Source: Podarcis pityusensis (lineage: Eukaryota). From it: a stretch of 64,000 bases of DNA. The notes beneath the pieces were generated by a model. It saw nothing but the letters and a program-made list of their open reading frames with translations, did not search any database and was not told where the DNA came from. This document shows positions 1-13,835 of the stretch, one piece after another. The stretch lies in the NCBI GenBank assembly GCA_964106645.2, contig OZ067038.1. One strand, given 5' to 3'. The position numbers and the translations under genes were made by a program. Each line of letters begins with the position of its first letter. Positions within the stretch are counted from its first letter, which is position 1.

Positions 1-751
1 GATATTTTGTGACGATTTAGAACAACTCATTAACTAACCATTCCTAATAGGTGCTCTAGGAGCTCTTTTGGCATCCTACCTGCTTGTGGGAGAACTGGAA
101 AAGCTAGTTGTTGCAGTTCCTAAATCCATGTAAGGACTGCAGCTACCTTGGAGAAGAAACTTGCCTTGGGAGATGAGCCAGTTCCAGAGGAGGAGTTGCC
201 CCCATGCAAGTACTTTTCAAACCACCCACATATAAACAATAACACAGGAAGAGCAACTTGATACATGCTCCCTGTCCCCTAAAAGTAGTAAGCCACACTA
301 TCAAAAGGCAGGTTTATGTTTTCCCTAGGTCCTTCCCTCCACTTTCCAAATCTATTGCCCAAGTGCCGGAATATACATCAAGTCACCTCTTTAAAACAAA
401 TGCACTTAAGTATGGTCAGTTTTATTTTTATTTTTATTGGGGGGGGGGAGCAGCAGGAGGAAGGCTTGATCCAGAACATACTCCAATCTAGATTGGGACT
501 CAATGAAAATCATTGCACCTATGGTTGCCTTTTCACTGCTGAAACTGCCAGCTTAAAAAGTGGCCAGGTTAAGCGCACTTACCTGAACAGGTATTTTGTG
601 CTCCAGTGTAATTGGGATAACTAACATAGCATGCAAGGCAGTTACTTGTCCTAGAACCCATTAGAAAGCGGGAGAGTTCCCTACCACCACCTAAAAGGCA
701 TACAAAACCTAGCAATCTGAAAGCACGTCATTGCAAGTAGATAAACAGGCA

Positions 752-960
752 GTGGGAAGGTAAACGGCATTTCCATGTGCTCTGACATCCGTCACGGGGT
801 TCCGTTGCCCCAGAAGCGGTTTAGTCATGCTGGCCACATGACCTGGAAAGTTGTCTGTGGACAAACACCGGCTCCCTTGGCCCAAAAGCGAGATGAGCAC
901 CACACCCCATAGTCACCTTTGACTGGACTTAACCATCCGGGGTCCTTTACCTTTTACCTA
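752..960 (+). mobile_element. Sauria SINE (Squam1-type), 5'-truncated
   Basis: Recognisable Sauria SINE body (gggaaggtaaacggc...cagaagcggtttagtcatgctggccacatgacc...gcgagatgagc) ending in an ACCTTT-type tail (cctttaccttttacct). Confidence 0.8.
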
Positions 961-1074
961 ACACTCATGGATGCTGATACAGCTATGAACACACAGTAGT
1001 AGAGTTCCCAAGTGCCTCACAACCCAGAAAGCAAACTATCAACCAGCATTTTCTTACTACTTCAGGTATGCAAG

Positions 1075-1316
1075 GCCTTAGGGAGGTGTCTCCACCCCAA
1101 TCATTCAGCGGGAACACTGAGCTCCAGCTCTGAGGGCCTTCTCAGTTGCACCCAACCAGTGGAACACCCTCCCGTCAGATGACTTTTAGAAGACATCTGA
1201 AGGTAGCCGTGGATAGGGAAGTGTTTAACGTTTGATTATTTTACTGTGGCTTTATAATTTGTTGGAAGCCGCCCAGAGTGGCTGGTGCAACCCAGCCACA
1301 TGGGCAGCATATAAAT
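1075..1316 (+). mobile_element. L2 LINE 3' end fragment (degraded)
   Basis: Shares blocks with the copy at 40810-41290 (ttttagaagacatctgaagg; gcccagagtggctgg...aacccagcca...tataaat). Confidence 0.7.
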
Positions 1317-1342
1317 GTTGCCGCTGCAAGTCAGCTGAGACA

Positions 1343-1516
1343 GAGCCATAGCTCAGTGGTAGAGCATCTGCTTTACTTGCAGAAGGTCCCAGGTTCAAGT
1401 TAGGGCAGGCAGAGATCCCTGCCTGAAATCCCAGGCAGTTGCTGCCAGCCAGTGTTGACAATACTGAGCTAGATGAACTATTGGCCTGACTCAGTACAAA
1501 ACAGTTTCCTACGTCT
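1343..1516 (+). mobile_element. tRNA-derived SINE (Squam3-like)
   Basis: A-box tagctcagtggtagagc and B-box-like ggttcaa, followed by the family body gacaatactgagctagatg...tgactcagta...ttccta. Confidence 0.8.
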
Positions 1517-2644
1517 CTAATTATATTTGCCATTCCAGGCCTGTTTATCCAAGCAGGATAACTCTCATCATCCCTGACTACTGGCCAGGGCTGATGCAGG
1601 CACAACATCTGGATGGCCATAGATTCAGCTTAAATAAAGCTCCAAAGGCGTAACCCTAATCATTTCAAAAACTTAGGCCTAACACTGCCCTCTTAATGAA
1701 AGGATGTATCTTAACTGGAGGAGGGAAAAGAGAGGAAGCAGTGGGAGGTTAGCACATGCAACAGACATTTAAAGAGGCACCACAATTTGGTCCCAAAATG
1801 TTTGTATCCAAAAGAAACAGCACTGGAACAAAATAATTAAGCCAGATGCATATATATAAGATAAGCTGGTTCTGCTTTCAACTGCTAAAAGGTTGCTAAA
1901 ATATAGACTTTCTTGCAGCTTTCTACTTCAGAACACATTCCTCAGATTATTATCTTTCAACAAGCATACCAAAGTCTTTATCCCAGTTAGTATCTGTCCT
2001 GGATTAGAATTGTTTTGCTGTATGCGGCAGTTTTAAACTGTTTTTGTAATTATAATTATAATTGTTGTTGTTTAAACTGTGTTTATATGCAGTTGTTTTA
2101 TCTGTTATGTTATACACACACACACAACCCCATCACATATAGAAAGATACAGAGAGAATGGGGGAATATAAACTGCTTCAAGAGAACAATCCAAAATTGT
2201 AATAAAATAATCTTCCCAGATGGTGACGTGTTTGATAATTGTCAGCAATCCCTGCACACCTTCTCCAGCCCCTCCTATAACTTGATACTGTACTTAAAAC
2301 ATGACACTCGTCCAAGACAACAGGAGTCCCCTGTCTTCAAAACAACTGCAGAACACCCCCCATATACGGGCATTAAATAACTGTTTTACAGGCATTAAGT
2401 AACTCTATTTTGCCATATTCAGCTTTTGTGGGCTAACAGCTCTCTACATCAACCTTTGCCAACCTGGGGCATTCCATGTTTTTGAAATACAACTTCCATT
2501 ATCCTCAACCAGCGGAACTCTCAATGTCTCCCCAGTTCCAAAGACAGAAACTAACAGGAAGAGCTTGCTCAACCCCGGCAACAAAGTGAAGAAGCTTTAC
2601 TTTCTAGTAATTCCCCAAGTAGAAGTATTTGATTTTTCAAAATA

Positions 2645-2902
2645 CCGTATTTTTTGCTCTATAAGACTCACTTTTTCCCTCCTAAAAAGTAAGGGGAAAT
2701 GTGTGCGCGTCTTATGGAGCTAATGCAGGCTGTGCAGCTATCCCAGAAGTCAGAACAGCAAGAGGGATCACTGCTTTCACTGCGCAGTGACCCCTCTTGC
2801 TGTTCTGGCTTCTGAGATTCAGAATATTTTTTTTCTTGTTTTCCTCCTCCAAAAACTAGGTCGTCTTGTGGTCTGGTGCGTCTTATAGAGCGAAAAATAC
2901 GG
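2645..2902. mobile_element. Tc1/mariner-pogo-type MITE
   Basis: TIRs ccgtattttttgctctataagac / gtcttatagagcgaaaaatacgg, TA on both flanks (2643-44, 2903-04), internal long palindrome. Confidence 0.85.
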
Positions 2903-3147
2903 TAACCATTTCTGAAACCACCATTGAAAATAAATTGTGAGGAAAGAGAATGAAGTCAGGAAGAGATCCCAAAAGATCCTGAATTAAAAAGGGGGATAGA
3001 AGTATGGCTAGCAGCTCACCATCACCAGTTATGGGTAGGAATCCAAAACCACACTCTGATCATGCATAAATGGACACATTCAGGAAGCACATCATTCAGT
3101 AGCACTTCGCGACTTTCCTCCCAAGTTCTTGTGCACACAAGACAGAA

Positions 3148-3477
3148 CACAGGAAGTGGTTTTAAATCAAGTCAAGCCATTGGTCAATCTAGCTCAGTAT
3201 TGTCTCCATCAGTGGTGAGGAACCTATGGCCCTCTGGATGTTGTTGGGACTACAACTTCCATCATCCCTGATCTTGGCCATGCTGCCTGGGGCTGATGGG
3301 AACGAGGTGTTCAACATCATCTTGAACGCTACTGGCTTACATTGACTGGAACCAAGCTCTCCAGGCCAGGGTTTCAGGAAGGGGCTTTGCTCAACTCTAT
3401 CTGGAGATGCCAACAACTGGACCTGGAACTTCTGCATGTAAGGAATGTGCTCAGCTATTGAACTACAGTGCTTCCCC
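3148..3477 (-). mobile_element. Squam3-like SINE with a nested hAT MITE (~3209-3332)
   Basis: Reverse complement of the SINE at 1343, interrupted by the ggactacaact...catcatccctg MITE family. Confidence 0.7.
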
Positions 3478-5701
3478 TGCAACATAGTAACACACACACA
3501 CACAAGTGGAAGAGGGAAGAAGTTGCAAGAAGACTAAACAAACTCTTTCCTGGTAAGCATTGTTGAAAAACACACCTCCATTTTTCTTCTTTCTCCACTT
3601 TCAATCATGTTCTTCATAAGACTTCTTTATGCTTTTACTTTTAAAAAAGCCGTAGACCTGAAAATGGGAAGTATGAACGCCAGCCACCTTAGTCATTGCC
3701 AAACTTGGATGTGTTGCCCCACATGTCCCAAATGCCCCTTACTCTTCCAATAGCCTTCCTCTTTTTATTCACTGAACCCCTTTGCTTTGACACATGGACC
3801 CTTCTCAAGACCCACTTCTTTGTTAAAGTTTTTCCTAGCTTGAAGGTCAACTTCTAGTTAGCATCTTAGCTCCTTCCTGCACTGCTGAGCTCCCTCTAAC
3901 CCATGTCGTCAATTCTCCATGCATCCATGACCTTTCACCTCACAGCACCTTGTCACTGCACACTGCCAGAGGCACAGGGCAGAGGTGTCGGCCAGTACGT
4001 TAGCTCTGCCTATCAGTATTTTTAATATCACTACTACCACCACCACGCCAGGTCCCAGGGAGGGGTTTCCACAATCTAAAGTTAAAACGGTTAAAATGAA
4101 TTACAGTCACAGGACTAGATGCTGCCAGATGCTGGACGTCCTCAGCCCCCTCTCACATTTCTGCCAGAGTTAGAAACATGACTCTATCCAAAGTCACAAG
4201 GCTATAAAATTGCTCTAGCAGGACAACAGAGATTCTGCACGTGATCAGGAGCAGGCACGCCATGGACTTGCTGGCATGTGCCTATACCTTGGATACAGGT
4301 GGGGCTGGGTGAATCTTTTAACCACGAATTTAATCAGCAGCCATAGTTATAACCCTTAAGAGAGAGAAGGATGGACATCAATGTGGGGTGGGAATCAGGA
4401 AGCTTGATAAACTCTAACTTGTGCAGGTATGGGTTGAGAATGACACCCAATGGTCAAGGGGTCAGGATGCCCCCTTCCCTAAATTAGCAGAAGGAAAAGG
4501 TACTGGTTGTGCATAGCTTCCATGCACTTGAATTTATATGCCCCAGACACCTTTTCCTTGGTGGGTGAGAGCTTTACAGCAGCGTACCTTTGGATCCTGA
4601 TAGCATTTAAGTTAACAGCAGCATCTGTTCCACTTGGCAAGTAGTCCAGTGGCCAGGAAGGAAGCGAAACACTCACACACTTTGCTTGTAATACAGCATT
4701 CAAAAAGAGAGGCCAGGGGAAAACTGTAACAAGACTGGGGTTTTAGTGACCGCCTTGACATTTTTTTTGCAAACTGGAGGATTTCAAAACAGAGGGCAAA
4801 AGCTCCAGGTCTGTGTTTCGTTCACCTGTTTCTCATTCTGGGATTTGCTCTCCCTGCTCCTACGCCGAGAATGTTTTGCTTTTACTGGAAAGGCAGATGC
4901 CTTTGCCAAGCGTACAGCAAAAGCCCCATGCGATAGCTTTGTTCATTACTCAGCATGGACTTTGAACAGTTGCCACTCCCTGCGCAAGCAAGTTCCTTGT
5001 TCATGAAGAATGCAAAGGACACCGTACACCCTTACAGGCAGGCATAGTCCCTTTCCAAAGGCGGCCTGAGTTTCTTCCACCCCCCTCCCCTCCGCCAGCT
5101 AGACTTTTGCAACAAAGCTTGGGCTGGCTGCACTTAGGGCGCGTCCCTCACCAATTAGAACTGGCCCAGGGCAGAAAGGCAGAGCTTCACCCCCAACATG
5201 TGTCACACACACAAGACTGGTTTAACTAGTTGATTTGATCTCACTTCAAGAGACTCACCTGGCTCCCTATCCCTACACACAGCCGCCCCCTGCAACTCCT
5301 CCAGGGATGTAGATTACATGCCTAACTAATCAGGACTCTAGTGTCCCAGGCTTATACTCACCATTGCCTCACCTGGCCATATAAGGGGAAAGCTAAGCAG
5401 CTCCAGGAGAGGCAGATAGGAAAGCAGTGATAAGGGTGTGGAAAGGAAGGGCTGACTTTGGAGGCCCCTCAAGAGAATGAGCGGAAGACATGAGATCAAG
5501 CGGGAGGGAAGGGAGTAAATCCATCAACTCAAGGCTCCGACATGCCTCAAGGACAGTTCGAAACACAATTCCATAATGAGGATAAATACATTTTATGCAT
5601 GGGAAAGCAGCAGTTAAACAAAGGGGGGGGGAACTAGCTTTAGGATTAGCTGAGTGTGGGGCATAAACAGAGATCAAATGAGAGATCAAAACTCTAAGAC
5701 C

Positions 5702-5802
5702 TATAGAATCATAGAGTTGGGACCACAGGAGTCATCTAGTCCAACCAACCCCCTGCAGTGTAGGTATATTTTACCCAACGTGGGGCTCAAACCGACAACC
5801 CC
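5702..5802 (-). mobile_element. tRNA-Lys-derived SINE with CR1-like tail (partial)
   Basis: Reverse complement of the element at 39558 (cccaacgtggggctcaaacc; atagaatcatagagttggga). Confidence 0.6.
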
Positions 5803-6683
5803 CTTGTGGTTTCAGTGCGGATCCATGTCTGTAACAGGAGCTGGCTCCTTTCCCTTTTCTGGAAGTTCAAGTTAACTTGGGGAAAATGTACAAAACCAGC
5901 TACAACACAGTTTTTGGGATGGGCTGGAGGAGCAGAAGAGTCCAACTCCATGAAGCAACAGCGAAGCACACACCAAGAAACATGAGCCCTGGCCTGCTCA
6001 GACCAAGGTTACACCCCACATCTGACAGGAAGGGAGCAGCAGTTCTGAGGTGGAGGGAGGAGGGGAGGGAGTATGGAGCATACACACAACAGGAAAGGAA
6101 CTGGTGCCGAGTCGGCAGCAGAACAGAGGGAAGGGATTGTTCCAGTGGTATGCCAGCAATCTGACTGCAGGGCAGCTGTCCTTCTGGGCAGTCAAAGGAG
6201 GGTTTTGTGCGTCCCTGTTTGAGGGTTGCCTCACTGGTAAACGCCATGAATCTATGAACTAGAAAGATGTAGGAAAAGTGAGGTGTCCGCTCCCCATTTC
6301 TGAACAGCTTGTATCCACAGTCCCAGATAGCCAAGAATACCTGTTGAACCTGTGTTCAACAGGTAAGTTACAGAGGACCACTGTCAACATGCACCAGTGT
6401 GGAATGACTAGTCATGGGCTAGCTGCTAGCAGGATAACTGGCTAAGAGGCTGCAATGAGGAGGCATGGAGACTACAGACAGGTCACAATTAAGACAGCAC
6501 AATAACTCTTGAGGCCACCAAGATCACACATTTTGGAGCCAGCCAAGCAACACCTGCCCATCTAATTAGTGAAGTCAGGACATTAGTGGTATGGGTGGAT
6601 CCACAAGGACTGATCCCGGGGGTAAAGGGAAAAGTGCACACAAACATAGCACCAGAGACCACCCATTTCTGGTGACAAAGCAG

Positions 6684-7098
6684 CATAAGAACAGAAGCAC
6701 GCAATGGGAGCATGCTGGACCAGCCCTATGGCCCATCTAGTCCAGCATCTTGTTCTCACAGTGGCCAGTCAGATGCCCACATGCAAGCTGGACCTGAGCA
6801 CACCATCACTCTGGCCACCTGTGATCCCTTGCCACTGGTACTCAGAGGCATAGTCCTTCTGACAATGGGGGCAGAACATAGCCATTGTGGCTGGTAGTCA
6901 CTGCTAGTCTTATCCTCAATGGATTTGCCTCATCCATCCTCTTTTAAAGCCATCCACGCCAATGGCCACCACCGCCTCCTGTGGGAGCAGGTTCCATAAT
7001 TTAACCATGTGCTGCATGAGGAAGTGTTTGCTTTGTTTCTGTCCTGAATCTTCCAACATTCAGCTTCATTGGATGTCCACAAGTTCTAGTGTTATGCA
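6684..7098 (-). mobile_element. CR1 LINE 3' end
   Basis: cataagaac tail, ggcccatctagtccagcatc, cttttaaagccatcc, ttccataatttaac: typical squamate CR1 3' region. Confidence 0.7.
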
Positions 7099-7252
7099 GG
7101 GAGGTCTAGGCACCAAACTCATACGCCAGGTGTATGCCTCTTTCTCAGCAGGTTGGCTTTGTTCCCAGACTACTCACTGACAAAACCCTTAGTTGTTTTC
7201 CTGGCTCCCTTCACCTGCTCCATCCTTTCATTTCACTAGTGCTACAAACAAC

Positions 7253-7259
<7 letters not shown>

Positions 7260-7313
<54 letters not shown>
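7260..7313. repeat. Compound palindromic microsatellite (TG)n(CG)n(CA)n
   Basis: Seen directly. Confidence 0.95.
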
Positions 7314-7314
<1 letters not shown>

Positions 7315-10109
7315 TGTGCATCTCCTTTGGGGTGGGAGGAGAGGCAACATGCCAGAAGACTGACCACTGGGAGTCTGCGCTGCAGGCTTGCTCACTCCCC
7401 CCCTAGAATGGCTATAACTCTGGGCTACTTTGCAGGGTGAGTATAACCCACATTCTTTAAGCAGCATATCCATACCCCCCACAGTGCGGGTACAATAATG
7501 ATAAACTTTACCTGTACTTGGAGAATATTTTTTTAAAAATGTTTTCCAACATTAATCATTTTAGGTTTATTAAATATGGTCAAGATCAGCTCCTGTCTTT
7601 GCTGCTACTTTTCGTACAGACACATTTCTGACCTATCAAAGTTATACTAGTCTGCATTTCCAAATTATTTTCTGTCCGCCAATCACTTTTCCACAAAGGA
7701 AGATGAAAAGAGCTTAGAAATGAACCAGGAAGTTCCTTCTCCAGATAATGGGTGAATCATTCTAGACTTCTTTCTGCCTTGCTTTCCTAAATGTCAGTCA
7801 CTGCTATGACATCATTCATTAGCAAAACACCACTTCAAAGGCAGGACCAGGCAAGTTTCTTGCAAAGGGAATGGACAGTATAATGCTCTCACCTTTTGTC
7901 CAATGTTTTGGATTATACAGGGGCTAGGGCATAAATAATAAAAATCCGGAAAGTTGGAAATTTGGGGTTATGGTTCATCATGGAGAGGAGGGAATGTACT
8001 CCCTCAAAGACACCTAGGATCAGTGGATTAATTACGGTTCACAAAGTATACAGCCCCACAGCTGCTAAAACTATAGAAAATGCTTGCGCAAGTACAACTA
8101 TTCATTGGGCCTTTGGGTACTTGTTAACTTGAAAAACCTAAACCAAGCACCACACTAGTCTAGTCATCAATGTAACTGTGGCTGATTGGGGAGTGGCATT
8201 TCTATACCTGAAGGTGGTACAGGAATGACTGCGTATATCTGAGCTAGGAGTGCTTCACTGCTGCCTTAAATCAGATTATTACTAGTATTTATCAGCAGCA
8301 CTGGTAGGATACATATCTGTGACAGATGCATGCAACTACCAGAAGAACCAAGCGTTGTACACACTGGCTGTGTCCAACGTGCACTGGGAGCTCCCATAAT
8401 TTAATTTACGTATACACAGCCACAGAAAAAACACACCAACCAAGATATCTCATCTCATACAAGTTCTATTTTCCTCCCCCTGAGAGGGAGGGGACAGATC
8501 TATGGATGAGGCAGTCAGTCAGGAAGAATTCAACGCTCCCAGCCTCCAAGCACAGGAGCTTTGCAAGTTGGGAGTTGAAAAATCTTTTGCAACACAAAAG
8601 GCCACTTTTCCCCCTCTGTGGGAATTTGCAGCTGAGCTCTGGGGACAAAGGGATTTCACAGGCACATACACAGACATCTCCCTTCTCTACGCGCCCCCCC
8701 CCCAACCACCACCTCCCCTCCAGCTTCCCCATTTCCTGTCACAGTAGCACCAAACCTCAGGCTCAGAAACAAACAAACACAGAGTACTGGATTCTGGGAA
8801 ACGGGCCAGAGCATTCCAGGGCAGCCTGGCCACCAATCAGGAGCAAGAGCTCCCACTTTACCCAGCAGTGCTCCTTATCATGTTAGAGGAAAAACAACCC
8901 TTCCTGGCTCCCTCCTCCTTCCCCACCCCAACCCCCACCCACCCTGCCAAAGCCAAGGCAGGATTTGACTGAAGAGGCGGCCGCTTGGCTCAAAGGGGCT
9001 GAAGCTTCAAGGATGTAGGGGAGAATGTGGAAGGAGAGAGGGAGGAGGAGAAGAACTGGTAATTACCAAGTTGGCCATTTTGCTACAAGAACGCCGCAAC
9101 CAGCCATACGGCAACTCCTGGCTCAGCATTACCTATAAAAGCACAAAGCAACGTGGTGATAACATTCCACGTCAACAAACCAGTCAAGATTCCCTGTACA
9201 ATCACTTCGAGGCTCGCATGCGTGATCCTCGGTGGGATCAAAACAGTCCCTTTGTTATAAAGGTACCTCAAAAACTCATTTGCAGGTGTTCCATTCCAGC
9301 ACTACTCTGCTTCAAAAAACATTCAGGGAGAAAAGCCAGCTAGTTTTCAATTACAGCCTTACGGCAAATAGAATCTTGGCGTTCTTCGAGATAAGGCCCT
9401 GCCTATCAGCTGCACAGGAGCAAAGTCCTCTGCAGACAGCAACATTCGCCAGGAGGAATCATAGCCTGCCCTGGATACTGTCTGCAGGAAGCAGCCCCTA
9501 GGGAGCGGTCCGATGGCCAACGCCCAGCTGACTAAATTTTGCATGCTCTTTTCATGCCAAGGAGGGAAAGGTAGCTAGCACACCTACCTAGGCTTTCTGC
9601 ATTAACTTTGGAGATAAAAGCTTCTTTTCTTCCTCCCTCTTTCACCTCAGCCAGAGGCTAGTTTGGCCTAAGGCACAGAGCATCACAACACTATATGGAG
9701 AGTTTCTGCCAAAGCAGCCAGTACCAACTTTGCAGGAAACTCTGCATGTTTGAGATGGGAGCAGCTGCCGACTGTGCTCCTGGCACCCCCAACAAAAGGC
9801 CGCCTGCCCTGGTGTCCCAGTTCCAGCTACAAAAGCAGCGTCTGAAACCCCAAAACTGCTATCCTCCCTGCACCTAGCACAACAGAAGATAATTCTTAGG
9901 CCAAATGCCTATGTACACAAGGGAGCTTAAAACAAACATATACTTATGCAGGCTGGCTGCCATGCCTCAAACTCTGCATCGCAAGCATGCTTTTACCCAT
10001 GGGGCACAAGCACGAGCTCTCTCAGCAAACCTGACATTCAGCCCTTAAAGGACCAGCTAGCTGGTGCCTGAACAGAGCGACAACCAAGTGAAGAAAGGTG
10101 TTTGGTCTC

Positions 10110-10450
10110 AGGTGCCCAAATGTTTGCGGCTGCCTCAGAGAAATTCAAGATACATGGCATAGGTCCATTTTCATAGCCCAGAAATGCAGCCCCACAATTT
10201 CCAGCAACAGCCAAGATGAATTTTTTTTTGTGGAGGACCAGTGGCTACTAGCAACTGCAGCTATGACTGCCTCCAGTGTCGGGGGCAGGATGCCTCTGAA
10301 TACCATTTGCTGGGAATCACAAGTGGGGAAGAATGCTGTTATGCTCAGGCCCTAATTGCAGGTTTCCCCACAGGCCTCCATCTGACTGGCCACTGTGAGA
10401 ACAGGATGTTGGACTGGATGGGCCTTTGGTCTGACCCAGCAGGGCACTTG
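10110..10450 (+). mobile_element. CR1 LINE 3'UTR fragment
   Basis: ggccactgtgagaacaggatgttggactggatgggcctttggtctgacccagcagggc is the reverse complement of the motif in the 6684 element. Confidence 0.65.
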
Positions 10451-11448
10451 TGGAGTTGTGGAGGCTTGGTCTCAACCAAGGCACTGCATGAAGGAAATGC
10501 CTCCTTCAGTGCCCTGCAAAACCCTGAAAATGGTTGCACTAGGAACTGTGTCATCAGCTGGCTAAGCTACATCTCAGGAAGGAAAGGAGACAATGAATGT
10601 TGACTGCAAAAATAAATCAAGCTAGTAACTGATCTGAAGATGTAAGCTACATTAAGGGACAGCTTAACTTTTGAGAAAACCCTTTCTGCAGGAGCCTGCA
10701 TCTTTTCCATTCGGGAATTCCTCAGAGCTAATAATTTCTTCAGTCGTAATAGTTACACAGAAAGCCTTGAGAACTGCAACAATCTTATCTGGAAATGTTG
10801 GGGGGGTCTATGCGGGCTTCCAATAGTTCCGAGTTAGTCCTTTACTGTACTGTTTGAAAAAAGCTTTTAACAAATCTACACACAAAACCCTCACATCCTT
10901 TCAATGCTCTGTGCTCTGTCAGCTGTTTCTTCCCAAATGTCAGTTTGAAAGTCTCCATCTTGTAGATTGGGACTCTAAAGGAAAAATGTAGAAAAAGTAG
11001 ATCATCATCAACCCAATTCTGATGGCAGAATGTGAGTTTCCTGGTCTCAGAACCCGGTGCCCCCTAAAAATACACATGGTTAACGTGTGCATGCCACAAT
11101 GAGATACCGAATCCATCTTCTTGAAAATTTCAGCTTTCAATTAAAGAAATAGTTGTGGAGGTAAGTATGAAAGCATGGGGGGGCGCTTTGTGAAAGCTTG
11201 CAAAACAAGACTGTTGTTGACTAGGATTTCCAGTGATTGGAGGAAGGGTTTTCTGGGTCCCTCGTAGACTTTGCACTAGCCATTGTATTCACCTTTTCCG
11301 CACAGGACTTGGATTGTTAAAACAAGCTCCAAGCCCAGGCAGAATACACAGCCCTAACAGTGATGCTTGAGTCATCTTCTCCTTTCTTTATTTCACAAGC
11401 CCCACCTTGTAACGTCCCTACTCTCATAGACTGGATCACTGTGAGAGA

Positions 11449-11670
11449 GCAACATAAGAAGCTGCTCTTTACCAGGTCTGACTATTTGCCCATCAAGCCT
11501 AATACTGGTACACTATTGCTGACAGCAGCTCTTCAGCATCTCAGGCAGAGATGCCTTCCATCACCTGCTACCTGATCTTTTAACTAAACTGGAGGTGTGT
11601 GTGCCAGGGGTTGAACCTAGGGTTTTCTGCATGCAAAGCATGTGCTCTACCACTGAGCTATGGCCCCTCC
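11449..11670 (-). mobile_element. Squam3-like SINE
   Basis: gctctaccactgagctatggcccc is the reverse complement of the tRNA head seen at 1343. Confidence 0.75.
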
Positions 11671-13788
11671 CCACTTACATGGCACAGGGGCAGGGCATAC
11701 CCCTATCATGAAGGTGCTGCATATTGTCCTAGGGGTGATCAAAGACACACAGCATTCAGTCTAACTCAGGCCCCAACTAACCCCCAGAGCACAACTCAAA
11801 AAAGCCCCTGTGTCTCAGGCCATTTCCTCTTTCTCCAACCTGTATGCAAGATCAAAGCAATGTACAACAACCTGCAAACAACCTGGTAAGTTTGGCTAGC
11901 AAACAGGAAGAGTGTGGGCACAGATCTGGAATAACAAGTGCTGCAGGTCTGTTCTTTTGGTACATGCCACACGGCTGCACAAGAGCAGGATCAAATGTTG
12001 CATGACGCCAAACTGCTGTGGGTGTGGGCTCTGGGCAATTTCATATTCAGGCACTCAAAACTGTTAGCTAGAGTAGATATGATCTGCAGCACTGCCCCTG
12101 TTACTGCCATCATCCCACTCTGCTGTTGTTGTTGCTGTTGTTGACAAAAGTCTTGCAGACACGGCGCACTCTCTCCCAAAGGAAAAAAAAGAGGCTGGCC
12201 TTTGCAGTAACACCTACACACAGCTACTAATAGAAGCATCCATTTCTCAGGACAGAAATCTTTTCTTTACTCTGTGGGGGGCACAGGACAAAGAGACGCA
12301 TTACCTTCCACCTAGCAGGCACTGAACAATTTTAGGGAATAAAAATGTAATCTCACTATATAGCATGGCCACTCTTCACAAGCTTTAAGTATTTGATTTA
12401 ATTCTGTTCTCAGGCTTTGATGGGAGGCCTCCTGTGGGGTGGGGGCAGGGGCGACAATTTCACTTTTCCAGGTCAGAAAAATCCGGCTATTTATTAAATC
12501 TGAAGGATCAAGCTAGAGGACATGTCACCGATGCAAGACACGCATTTCACAGGAATCCCCCTGCCTAGCGGATTAAGTCACTCAGTCCTCAGTTCAGTAC
12601 AGAAATAGGTGTTCATTACAGCACTGGTGATGTTTTGGAGACATATCCGTTGCAGCATTTTGAGCAGGAGAAAGGATTATGCATCCCTTGAATCCCTCAT
12701 ACACATACACAACACCCTGTGCATCTGCATCCCACTGCAAATTTCGCATACTAGTCTTGGCCCAACCCAGATACACAAAGCCCAGCAAAATAAAAAACTA
12801 GCTACAGTTGAAATTAGGTGGCTTAAAACTAAAGAGACATAGAGCCACTCATTTAGTTGGTGGGGAAGTGGGAGGAAACATCAACGTCATGCAAAAAGCT
12901 TTCAAAGCAAGTCCTTTTGTTGTTCAGGCAGAAAGGAAGGAAGCAAACAAGGATTTCCTGGTCAGACAGGAAATGACATTGTGTTTAGAAACTTGCAGGA
13001 AAGAGAAGGCAAGTTTGCCTAGTGAACACTAAATTTTGCCTTGCCTGAAAGGAGCAAGGGTGCAGGACGATTCTGAGGCAGCATGGCACTGACACCCAGA
13101 CTTATTCCCCAAAGGATTCCTAATCTATGCTTTTCTTTTACAGCTGTGGAGCAGCTGCCTCCTTTAACAACTCCAGACTAACTCATACTCTCCGTTCCTC
13201 CTGCCAACCAGGGACACAAAGCTGAGCATTTACCTCCTAATGTTCCCTCTTTAAACATATTCATTTTACCTCCTCCCCACACCTCACTAGCTAAACACCA
13301 GAATGTTGTCACTCACACCTAGACCACAGGCACACCTATTAAGTTACTCCTTGACTTGAGCACATTAAACCTCAATCCTACTACCTGGCAAGTGACAGAC
13401 ACTATATATGGCGATATGCCTTCCTTAGATTGGGACACCAATGCACTAAAGGTTCCTAACAGTGAGAACATTTTCGGAACTCCCCTCCTATAGATGACTC
13501 AGATGTATAATACCTAGAAGCTGCTTATGACATTATGAGAAATCAGCTGTGTTAATTTCACAGCTACTACAGATAACAGTTGTGAGTTAGCCAGGCACCC
13601 TCTCATACCCAGACACATTACTCAATGCTGAAGAAATCTGATGTGACATTTCCTGTGTGCCAATGACTGATAGGCCCATTCAAGGAGGGCATCAACAAGT
13701 AAAGGGCAATGACAACTAGCACAGTGGGTCCCACACATTTTCCCCCACAGATCACCTGAAAATTGCTAAAGGTCCTGGCAGACCACTT

Positions 13789-13792
13789 CTAT

Positions 13793-13831
<39 letters not shown>

Positions 13832-13835
13832 TTTT
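13789..13835. repeat. (ATTT)n microsatellite
   Basis: Seen directly. Confidence 0.95.

Noticed and set aside
1343-1400. tRNA-Cys-like gene
   Set aside because: Head of a multi-copy SINE.
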